A program made the position numbers and the translations under genes. From positions 272 to 64,271 of the forward strand of contig JBIJBO010000002.1 of the NCBI GenBank assembly GCA_044345215.1: 64,000 nt of DNA, written 5' to 3'. This DNA is from Prosthecobacter sp. GTDB taxonomy: Bacteria; Verrucomicrobiota; Verrucomicrobiia; Verrucomicrobiales; Verrucomicrobiaceae. The stretch's first letter is position 1; each line of letters opens with the position of its first letter. This document shows positions 42,187 through 50,915 of this stretch, in pieces. The notes beneath the pieces were generated by a model. The model searched no databases. It was not told the origin of the DNA and worked only from the letters and a program-made list of their open reading frames with translations.

Positions 42187-45100
42187 GTTTCAGTCCCCGA
42201 CGGTTCCTTTCGAACTTCCAACCTCCCTTGCACGTGAAATCCAGCATTTCCACATTTCTGATGGCAGCCTTGCTGCTTTTCAGCCTGAGTCAGGCCGCGA
42301 AGGCGCAGTCAAACCTGCCGGTGATTGAGCGCCAGCCTTACCGCATACTCTACAACACCGACCATGACCCCGTCGGGGAGTGGCCGCCGATCGGCATCAA
42401 CCCACCTCGCGTGGATGCCAGTTCGCTGGTCAATCTCGGCTGTGCCATCGACCTGCGGATTGTTGCCACCGGCAACAACCTCACCTACCAGTGGAAGAAG
42501 TCGGGTGTCAACATTCCTGGAGCCACAAACTCACGGCTCTTTGTCAATGTCACGTCACTGCTCGATGCAGGACGTTATCAATGTGAGGTCAAAAACCTTT
42601 TTGGCGCAGTGCTCAGTTTGCCAGTGCGCATGGGGGTCGTGGATATTTCCCCCAGCGACAGAATCATCGCAGCCAGCGCTACGGCCAAGGTGACCCTTGC
42701 GACCTCGTTCAGATTTCCAACAACCAGCGGTGGTTTCAAATACCAGTGGTTCAAAATGCTGGGTGCGACGCCGGATCTCAACACAGATGTCATGCTGGCC
42801 AACGATCTCACCTACGGGGGAGCCGCCACGCCTTCCCTGGAGATCAAGGCGCCCTCAGTGGCGCCTGCGGGAAGTTATTATTGCCGGATCACCGCTTACA
42901 ATACCTTCATGATCAGCGGGCTGCGCAATCTGGCCATCGTGCCGTCGCCTGAGCCCGCCATGGTGCAACAGGGTTCCCCGCTTCAGTTCTCGGTGACACC
43001 GACAGGGCCCGCTTCTGTCATCAACAACCTGTCATACCAGTGGAACAAGGCCGGTGTGGCCATTCCTGAAGCGACGGATTCCAGCTTCATCATTGGCACG
43101 GCTGAGATCGCGGATGCAGGCCTCTACTCGCTTACGGTCATTCACCCGACGCTTGGTTCGGTGACCACACCGTCGGTTGCCGCTTTTGTCGTGGATCCGC
43201 CGGTCAGTCGAGTCGCAGTGACCGGAGGCATGAGAGCCGTCCTTGCTGCCCCGCCTGCGCTCAACCGAGCCCAGACCTACCAGTGGTTTCGCGATGGCTC
43301 GCCTCTCGTCGACGGCGGTCGCATCACCAATGCAACTGCAGCCAGTTTGACGATTGCCCTCGCCCAAGCTGCCGATGCGGGCGAATACGAGTGCCGTGGC
43401 ACGCTGTTTGGAGATACCGTGGTGGTTGCGCGTCCAGTCCTGATCGTCACGCCAGCGCCTCAATCCAAGGTGATCGCACTGGGCGAGACCCTGCAGCTGG
43501 AAGTACAGCCCGAGTATGGAGGTTCGAACTTTGTCGATCCGGCGCTCTTCGGCTTCCAGTGGGTCAAGGGCACGGGAACGACGGCCACAGTGCTTGCAGG
43601 TGAGACCAACTCGACACTGACGATTGCCAGCACCACAGCCGCTGACTTTGGACAATTCAACTGTCGAGTCAGCTACAACGGCAGCCCCCCACTGGCCACA
43701 CCACCCGCCAACGTTGCAATTGTCAATACTGCTTTGCAGGTCGTCAACGTGAATGCCGGCAGGAGTGCCACGCTGAGTCCGCTCGTTTTTGCTCCCCGCG
43801 GACTCCTCTTCCAGTGGAATTTCCAGGGTGCTCCCCTGTTGAACAGCGCGAAACATGCGGGTGTCACCTCCAGCAGGCTTGCCGTGAACACGGCCAGCGT
43901 GGCCGATGCAGGGATCTACGAGTGCGAGATGAGCTTTGCCGGAGGCACAAGTGCAACGGCCCCAGTGCAGCTGGTCGTTTATTCGAGACCCGAGATCGTC
44001 AATCTGGAGTTTCCTCCTGCCATTGTCGGGGGTGTTTTCAATTACGCGATCACGGTCAGCAACGATCCACTCTATGCCGCGACCGGCTATGATGCCGCCT
44101 CGCTGCCCAGAGGACTGGTGATCAACAAAAGCACCGGTGTCATCAGCGGTATTCCGAGTGCTTCAGGAACCTTCAACATCCTCGTGAGCGCGAGGAATGC
44201 AGTCGGCACCACCACTCAGCCAGCCACGCTCACGGTGAGTTCCTTGCCGTCCCGATTTGTGGGGCGTTTTGTTGCCGCCCTGCCGCGAATGCCTGCGGGT
44301 GAGTTTGGAGCGCTTGGGGGACGCCTCGACATGACCATCGCCTCGACTGGCACGACTTCGGGCAGCTTGACAGTGGGAGGCACCAGGTTGGCCTTCAAGG
44401 GATCCATCGCCGTTGCCGGCACGGATCCCCTGACCGCGACGGCCACCGCCACGATCAATGTCGAACGAAGTGGTGGCAATTTGAGCCTCAGCTTCAACCT
44501 TCAGGACGACGACTATCTTTACGACGGACAGATCAGCGGTGCCGGCAACACCCTCAACTTCAGCGGTTGGCGTGCAGTTTACACGGTTGCACAACCTCCG
44601 AGCGCCCTTGCGGGGGTCTACAACATTGGACTCTTCCCTCAAGAGCCAGATGCGCCCGCGCTTCCCCATCCAGAGGGAACCGGCTACGCCACTCTCAGCA
44701 TCAGCGGCAGTCCGACCTCCGATCTCGCGGCTGGAAACTACAGCATGGTGACCCTGCTGCCCGATGACACGGCCTTCACGACCGCGGCTTTTGTGGGACC
44801 TGCCGGTGAATTGCTTGCCTATGGCTATCTCTACGGCACGGCGGGCGGCGGTTCCGTTGTCAGCAGCGGCACCAGCCTCAACATCAATGCCTTGGCGGCT
44901 GGCAAGCCGGTGACGGGCAACCTTGACTGGTCTCGTCCGGCCACTGCCACTCGCCGCTACAAGGAAGGTTTTGGTCCTTTGACCCTCTCTGCCTCCGGAG
45001 GACTTTACACGGCTGGCCCTCGCCTGCTTGCGGCTGAATCTGCCGAACTGACCTTCGAAGGTGGCGGCATTGAACTTGCCGCGCTCAACCCGAATGCAGT

Positions 45101-45425
45101 CTTCACGATTGGCATGGGCACTGCGCTGCCCGTACGCACAGCTCCGAATGCTGCACTCACCGCCTTCAGGGCAGTTGCCCCGATCAGCGGGCTTTTCAAC
45201 GGCAGCTTTGTGCTGGCAGATGACAACCCGACGACACCACTGGCGAACCCAACGGAATACCGGCGGACGGTTAACTTCAAGGGACTCGCCGTGCCGATCA
45301 ATGGCACGCAGGTGGGTGTTGGATTCTTCATCCTGCCTCAGATACCAACTTCGAATCCGCTCACCACAACATCGAATTCGCCGGAACTCTCCGGCAGCGT
45401 GTTTTTCGATCCGGTGCTGAACTGA
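42183..45425 (+). CDS. Large secreted protein: six Ig (I-set-like) repeats + He_PIG/cadherin-like Ig domain + about 395-aa uncharacterised C-terminal region
   Basis: Internal ATG (MSFSPRRFL...FLMAALLLFSLSQAAKAQ) of track ORF 42159..45425, 1080 aa. Its ATG overlaps the upstream stop (ATGA at 42183-42186). The repeats carry [YF]QW.K.G..I.GAT...L.I......DAG.Y.C. The following domain reads PPAIVGGVFNYAITVSNDPL...LPRGLVINKSTGVISGIPSASGTFNILVSARN. Confidence 0.82.
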   Translation: MSFSPRRFLSNFQPPLHVKSSISTFLMAALLLFSLSQAAKAQSNLPVIERQPYRILYNTDHDPVGEWPPIGINPPRVDASSLVNLGCAIDLRIVATGNNLTYQWKKSGVNIPGATNSRLFVNVTSLLDAGRYQCEVKNLFGAVLSLPVRMGVVDISPSDRIIAASATAKVTLATSFRFPTTSGGFKYQWFKMLGATPDLNTDVMLANDLTYGGAATPSLEIKAPSVAPAGSYYCRITAYNTFMISGLRNLAIVPSPEPAMVQQGSPLQFSVTPTGPASVINNLSYQWNKAGVAIPEATDSSFIIGTAEIADAGLYSLTVIHPTLGSVTTPSVAAFVVDPPVSRVAVTGGMRAVLAAPPALNRAQTYQWFRDGSPLVDGGRITNATAASLTIALAQAADAGEYECRGTLFGDTVVVARPVLIVTPAPQSKVIALGETLQLEVQPEYGGSNFVDPALFGFQWVKGTGTTATVLAGETNSTLTIASTTAADFGQFNCRVSYNGSPPLATPPANVAIVNTALQVVNVNAGRSATLSPLVFAPRGLLFQWNFQGAPLLNSAKHAGVTSSRLAVNTASVADAGIYECEMSFAGGTSATAPVQLVVYSRPEIVNLEFPPAIVGGVFNYAITVSNDPLYAATGYDAASLPRGLVINKSTGVISGIPSASGTFNILVSARNAVGTTTQPATLTVSSLPSRFVGRFVAALPRMPAGEFGALGGRLDMTIASTGTTSGSLTVGGTRLAFKGSIAVAGTDPLTATATATINVERSGGNLSLSFNLQDDDYLYDGQISGAGNTLNFSGWRAVYTVAQPPSALAGVYNIGLFPQEPDAPALPHPEGTGYATLSISGSPTSDLAAGNYSMVTLLPDDTAFTTAAFVGPAGELLAYGYLYGTAGGGSVVSSGTSLNINALAAGKPVTGNLDWSRPATATRRYKEGFGPLTLSASGGLYTAGPRLLAAESAELTFEGGGIELAALNPNAVFTIGMGTALPVRTAPNAALTAFRAVAPISGLFNGSFVLADDNPTTPLANPTEYRRTVNFKGLAVPINGTQVGVGFFILPQIPTSNPLTTTSNSPELSGSVFFDPVLN
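42315..43982 (+). repeat. Six tandem Ig-like domain repeats (about 85-105 aa each) within the 1080-aa protein
   Basis: YQW/FQW anchors at residues about 102, 187, 285, 366, 458 and 543. Each is followed about 25-30 aa later by DAG.Y.C / DFGQFNC. Confidence 0.75.
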
Positions 45426-45533
45426 TTTGATCCATTGAGGTTCTCGGCTCTGACACGGTGCGTTTTCGACCAGTGGCCGCGTGGCGACAGCACGGGATTT
45501 GCTTCAGGGCGCTTTTCCGGCTAGAACAGGGCA

Positions 45534-46667
<1,134 letters not shown>

Positions 46668-46732
46668 CGGACGGTCCGGGATTTGCCCGTCCGCCACACC
46701 CTAGACCGCCTTCGGCCTCAACCGTCAGGCCC

Positions 46733-47809
46733 TCACTTCAATCCCGCTTCGGCCAGGCGCTCCTCCAGGTCGCTGGCCAGCAGGGCCTGGGTCATGGTTT
46801 CCAGCCGCCCCTCCATGACCCGGTCGAGGTCGTACAAGGTCAGGTCGATGCGGTGGTCGGTGACGCGGTTTTGCGGGTAATTGTAGGTGCGGATTTTTTC
46901 CTCGCGGCCGCCCGAGCCGATGAGACTGCGCCGGTGTGCGGAGTATTTTTCAGCCTCCTCCTGCTGCCGCCGTTCGAGCAGGCGCGAACGCAGGATGGTG
47001 AGGGCCTTCTCCTTGTTCTTGATCTGGCTGCGGCCGTCCTGGCAGCGCACGATCAGGCCGGTCGGCAGGTGCATGACCTGCACGGCGGAATCGGTCGTGT
47101 TGACGCCCTGTCCGCCGGCGCCGGAGGAGCGGCTGACCTCGATGCGCACTTCTTCCGGGCGCAGTTCCAGATCCACTTCGTCGGCCTCGGGCAGCACGGC
47201 CACGGTGGCGGCGGAGGTGTGGATGCGCCCCTGGGCCTCGGTGGCCGGCACGCGCTGGACGCGGTGCACGCCGCTTTCGTACTTGAGAACTCGGAAGACG
47301 TCCTCGCCGCTGATCTTCAGGACGATTTCCTTGTAGCCGCCGACGTCGGATGGACTCGCCTCCAGCGTTTCGACCCGCCAGCCGCGCGCTTCGGCGAAGC
47401 GTGTGTACAACCGCGCCAGATCGGCGGCGAACAGCGAGGCCTCGTCGCCGCCGGTGCCGGCGCGGATTTCGACCAAGGCGTCGCGGCCCTCCAGGGGGTC
47501 GGGCGGCAGGATGGCGAATTGCACAGCCTTCTCGAGTTCGGCGACCTGTGTTTCCAGAGTGGGCAGGTCCGCGCGCGCCAGTTCGGCCAGTTCGGCGTCC
47601 TCGCCGTGGGCGAGGTCGCGGCTGGCTGCGAGCTCGGCGACTTGGCGCTGGTAGGCGTCCCAGTTCTGCAGCAGGCTGCCGAGCTGGCGATGCTCGCGCG
47701 TGAGTTCACCGGCCTTTTTGGGGTCGTCGAAAAAGCCGGGCTGCCCCATCAGCTCCTCGAGCAGCAGGAAGCGCGCGCGCTTGGTTTCGATGATGGCACG
47801 GTAGTCCAT
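46733..47809 (-). CDS. prfA: Peptide chain release factor 1
   Basis: Internal ATG (MDYRAIIETKRARF...) of track ORF 46733..47842, 358 aa. It has the PAT tripeptide (RVQRVPATEAQGRIHTS), GGQ (SGAGGQGVNTTDSAV) and RTYNYPQNRVTDHR. Confidence 0.96.
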   Translation of the reverse strand: MDYRAIIETKRARFLLLEELMGQPGFFDDPKKAGELTREHRQLGSLLQNWDAYQRQVAELAASRDLAHGEDAELAELARADLPTLETQVAELEKAVQFAILPPDPLEGRDALVEIRAGTGGDEASLFAADLARLYTRFAEARGWRVETLEASPSDVGGYKEIVLKISGEDVFRVLKYESGVHRVQRVPATEAQGRIHTSAATVAVLPEADEVDLELRPEEVRIEVSRSSGAGGQGVNTTDSAVQVMHLPTGLIVRCQDGRSQIKNKEKALTILRSRLLERRQQEEAEKYSAHRRSLIGSGGREEKIRTYNYPQNRVTDHRIDLTLYDLDRVMEGRLETMTQALLASDLEERLAEAGLK

Positions 47810-47884
47810 GGATCTCGGGCAAAGAAAAACGGTGTCCGGCACAGGGCGCGGACACCGTCAAGGGGATGGGAGGCTGGCGCGCGA

Positions 47885-48130
47885 TTAGGAGGCGCTGGCG
47901 TCGCTGAGCTTGGGTGTCGAGCGGCGGGCGCGGGTGCTGCCGTAGCGCTGGGCGAACTTGTCGACGCGGCCGGCGGTGTCGATGAAGCGCTGTTCACCGG
48001 TGAAGAAGGGGTGGCAGGCAGCGCAGATGCCGATGCGGAGATTCTGAACCGTCGAAATCGTCTGGTAGACCGCGCCGCAGGTGCAGGTGATGGTGGTTTC
48101 GTAAACCGTGGGGTGTCCTTGTTCTTTCAT
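47885..48130 (-). CDS. rpmE: 50S ribosomal protein L31 (Cys-containing type A)
   Basis: Internal ATG (MKEQGHPTVYETTITCTCGAVYQT...ICAACHPFFTGEQRFIDTAGRVDKF) of track ORF 47885..48223, 81 aa. The rpmE-prfA adjacency is common. Confidence 0.93.
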   Translation of the reverse strand: MKEQGHPTVYETTITCTCGAVYQTISTVQNLRIGICAACHPFFTGEQRFIDTAGRVDKFAQRYGSTRARRSTPKLSDASAS

Positions 48131-48313
48131 GGGCTTGGAGGTCACGGGTAGCCGGCGAGGGGCACATGCCACTTTCACCGGAGCGTGGGATGCGGAGTCT
48201 GGCACAGGAGCTCCGTCCGTCAACGATTTTCTCCCGACCCGAGGCGGTGCTGTGACGCCATCGCGCCACCCTTCCGGGCTGGCGATCGGGCGCGGAAGCT
48301 GTCAGACTCGGGG

Positions 48314-50260
48314 ATGCCGGTTCCTCGTGCCCTCCACCCGTTGCTCGCCGGGCTGCTGCTGCTGGCCACCGGCTGTGGTGGGCTTGACCGGCTGCTCACG
48401 AACGCCGACCTTGAACGGCTGACGGGGGAAATTGCCGCCCTGGAAGCCCGGCTCGCCCGCCTGCCGGCGCTGCGGGTCGCGGCCCAGCCGCATCAGCGTC
48501 TCGGTTTTCACGGCCGCAGCGGTGATCCCGCCTGGATCGAGCTTGAGCTGGATCGCGAGGCCCCGCCCGATGAACTGGTGCTGTTCCCGGCGCGCACCGC
48601 CGATCCGGCCGGCGGCGACACCGCCAGCGGCTTTCCCTCCGCACTGCGCGTGCTCGGAGCCGGGGGGGGCGCGTCCTTGCGACTTCTGGCCGAATGGCGG
48701 CAGCCTGCGGACGATGCCGTGTTCGACCCGCCCTTCCTGCGCCTGCCGCTGTCTGCAGCACCCCTGCGGCGGCTGCGTTTGGAAGTGCCTGGCGGCCAGG
48801 CGCGTGGCCGCGGCCGTTTTTTTGCCTTGGGCGAGGTGGTCCTGCTTGCCGGTGGCATCAATCTCGCCCTGGGCGCGCCGGTGCGTGCCAGTGAGGGCCT
48901 TCTCAACCCGCCGCGTTGGCAGCCGGAGAACCTCACCGACGGCTTCCTGTGGTTCGGCAACCTGCAGGGCCTGAGTGCCGCGAGTGCCAACGGCTACCAC
49001 AGCCGCATCGAGCTGTCGCCGCAGGCCGTGCCCAAATGGGTTGAGGTGGATCTCGGCGCGGAAGTCGCCGTCGACGAGGTGCGCCTGGTGCCGGCCCGGC
49101 CGGTCGATTACGCCGATGTCGCCGGGTTCGGTTTTCCAGCGCGCTATCGGGTCGAATTGCTGCAGGAAACCGGCCCCGGACTTCGCCTGCGTGCAACTCA
49201 GGACGATTCACCCAATCCCGGGGATGCGGCCGTTTGCCTGCCGGCAGGCGGGCAGGCGGCCAGGCGGGTAAGGGTCACTGCCGAACGGCTGTGGCAGCGC
49301 AGCCAAGACTACATCTTCGCCCTCGCCGAGCTGCAGGTTTGGGCGGGCGGCCGCAACCGGGCGCTGAGGGCGGAGGTCATCTGTTCCGATCAGGTCGACG
49401 CCAGATCCTGGTCGCCGCAGGCCCTGGTGGATGGCCATGACAGCCGCCGTGAATTGTTGTCCTGGACGGATTGGCTGGCGCAGACCAGCCAGCGCGAAAC
49501 GCTCATCCGTTCACTGAGCCAGGCCCGTCAGCGACTCGGGGTGCTTGAGCACCAACGTCAGCGCGCCCTGGTGCATGGCTTGCTTCTCAGCGGAGGTCTG
49601 GTTTTGCTGATCACCGCGGCCCTGCTCGGTTGGATGCACCACCGTCAGAAAATCGCCCGCCAGCACTTGCGTGAGCGCCTGGCCCGCGACCTGCACGATG
49701 AGATTGGTTCCCAGCTCAGCCACCTGTCCCTGCTCGCCGGTCAGGGGGATGCTGCCGCCTTGCCCAAGATTGCCGCCGGCACCCGCGAGTTGCAGCAGGT
49801 CATGCGCGATCTGGTCTGGCTGCTGGCACCCGGCGGCGGCGATGCCCGTGACTTCACCGCCCGACTGCGGGCGACGGCCAGGAAGTGGCTTGAGCCGGCG
49901 GTGAACGAGGTGCAGGTCGAATTGAACGGACTGCCTCCCGAGGGTCAGTTGCCGCTCGACTGGGCGCGCGAGATTCTGCTGTTTGTTCGCGAGGCACTGA
50001 CCAATGCCGCCCGTCACAGCCGGGCCCGGCGTGCCGCGGTTCGTCTGGAATGGCGAGCGGAGACCTTTGTCTGGGTGCTGGAGGACGACGGCATCGGGTT
50101 TGACGAACAGGCAGCCGATTTTGTCGCCGGTTGCGGTTTGGACAATCTCCGCCACCGGGCCGGCGTTTTACAGGGACAGGTCGTCATCACCTCCCGCCCC
50201 GGCAGTGGCACTCGCATCGAATTGATCTGTCCGCATCCCCATGAACCTCTGGCTCATTGA
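48314..50260 (+). CDS. Sensor histidine kinase (HisKA_3/HATPase) with lipoprotein-type signal and two extracytoplasmic discoidin-like modules
   Basis: Internal ATG (MPVPRALHPLLAGLLLLATGCGG, a lipobox) of track ORF 48185..50260, 648 aa. Two sensor modules of about 150 aa each (GFPSALRV...FFALGEVVLLAGG and GFGFPARYRVE...YIFALAELQVWAGG), one TM helix (LLLSGGLVLLITAALLGW), the H-box LARDLHDEIGSQLSHL, the N-box REALTNAARHS and the G-box EDDGIGF. Confidence 0.88.
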   Translation: MPVPRALHPLLAGLLLLATGCGGLDRLLTNADLERLTGEIAALEARLARLPALRVAAQPHQRLGFHGRSGDPAWIELELDREAPPDELVLFPARTADPAGGDTASGFPSALRVLGAGGGASLRLLAEWRQPADDAVFDPPFLRLPLSAAPLRRLRLEVPGGQARGRGRFFALGEVVLLAGGINLALGAPVRASEGLLNPPRWQPENLTDGFLWFGNLQGLSAASANGYHSRIELSPQAVPKWVEVDLGAEVAVDEVRLVPARPVDYADVAGFGFPARYRVELLQETGPGLRLRATQDDSPNPGDAAVCLPAGGQAARRVRVTAERLWQRSQDYIFALAELQVWAGGRNRALRAEVICSDQVDARSWSPQALVDGHDSRRELLSWTDWLAQTSQRETLIRSLSQARQRLGVLEHQRQRALVHGLLLSGGLVLLITAALLGWMHHRQKIARQHLRERLARDLHDEIGSQLSHLSLLAGQGDAAALPKIAAGTRELQQVMRDLVWLLAPGGGDARDFTARLRATARKWLEPAVNEVQVELNGLPPEGQLPLDWAREILLFVREALTNAARHSRARRAAVRLEWRAETFVWVLEDDGIGFDEQAADFVAGCGLDNLRHRAGVLQGQVVITSRPGSGTRIELICPHPHEPLAH

Positions 50261-50867
50261 AGACCACCGTGCCTTGCGCGAATCGCTTGTGCTCGCCCTG
50301 CAACAAGCCCGGCCGGGCTGGAGCGTGCAAGCCTACGCCCGCGCCGGGGATGCGCTGAGCGCAGCGGCGGGTGGTGCGGCGGCCGATGTCCTCCTGCTCG
50401 ATCTCGGCCTGCCCGGCCTTGGTGGCCTGGAGGCGCTGCCGTTGTTGAAATCCGCCCTGCCGGTTGCCGAGGTCGTGGTCTTCACGGTCTTCGACGATGC
50501 CGACAAAATCTATGCCGCCATTTGTGCCGGTGCCTCGGGCTACCTGCTCAAGTCGGAGCCGGTTGAGACCTTGGTGCGCGCGGTCGAGGAAGTCCGCGAG
50601 GGCGGTTCGCCCATGCACCCGCAGGTGGCACGCAAGGTTCTTGACCGGTTCAGCGGCCGGCGGCCGGCGCCGGAATCCATCCTGTCCGAACGCGAGCGCG
50701 GGGTGCTGCAGGCCATGGCCGATGGGCTGACAAAAAAGGAGATTGCCGCCCGGCTCGACCTGAGCGTGCACACGGTCGACAACTACCTCCGTCGCATTTA
50801 TCGCAAGCTGCATGTCAACACCCTGCAGGGCGCGGTGGCGAAGGCGTTCAAGGACGGGCTTCTGTGA
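50241..50867 (+). CDS. Response regulator, NarL/FixJ (LuxR HTH) family
   Basis: 208 aa, with REC (LWLIEDH...DVLLLDLGLPGLGG...GASGYLLK) and an HTH (LSERERGVLQAMADGLTKKEIAARLDLSVHTVDNYLRRIYRKL). It overlaps the kinase 3' end by 20 nt. Confidence 0.92.
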   Translation: MNLWLIEDHRALRESLVLALQQARPGWSVQAYARAGDALSAAAGGAAADVLLLDLGLPGLGGLEALPLLKSALPVAEVVVFTVFDDADKIYAAICAGASGYLLKSEPVETLVRAVEEVREGGSPMHPQVARKVLDRFSGRRPAPESILSERERGVLQAMADGLTKKEIAARLDLSVHTVDNYLRRIYRKLHVNTLQGAVAKAFKDGLL

Positions 50868-50915
50868 CGTGATCCCGTGACAGGAAAATCCGCGCGCACT
50901 GCCGTATTCAAAATC

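Noticed and set aside
46733-47809. Programmed +1 frameshift of the kind seen in release-factor genes
   Set aside because: The protein has the PAT tripeptide, so it is RF1 (prfA), not RF2. The frame is continuous with no internal stop.
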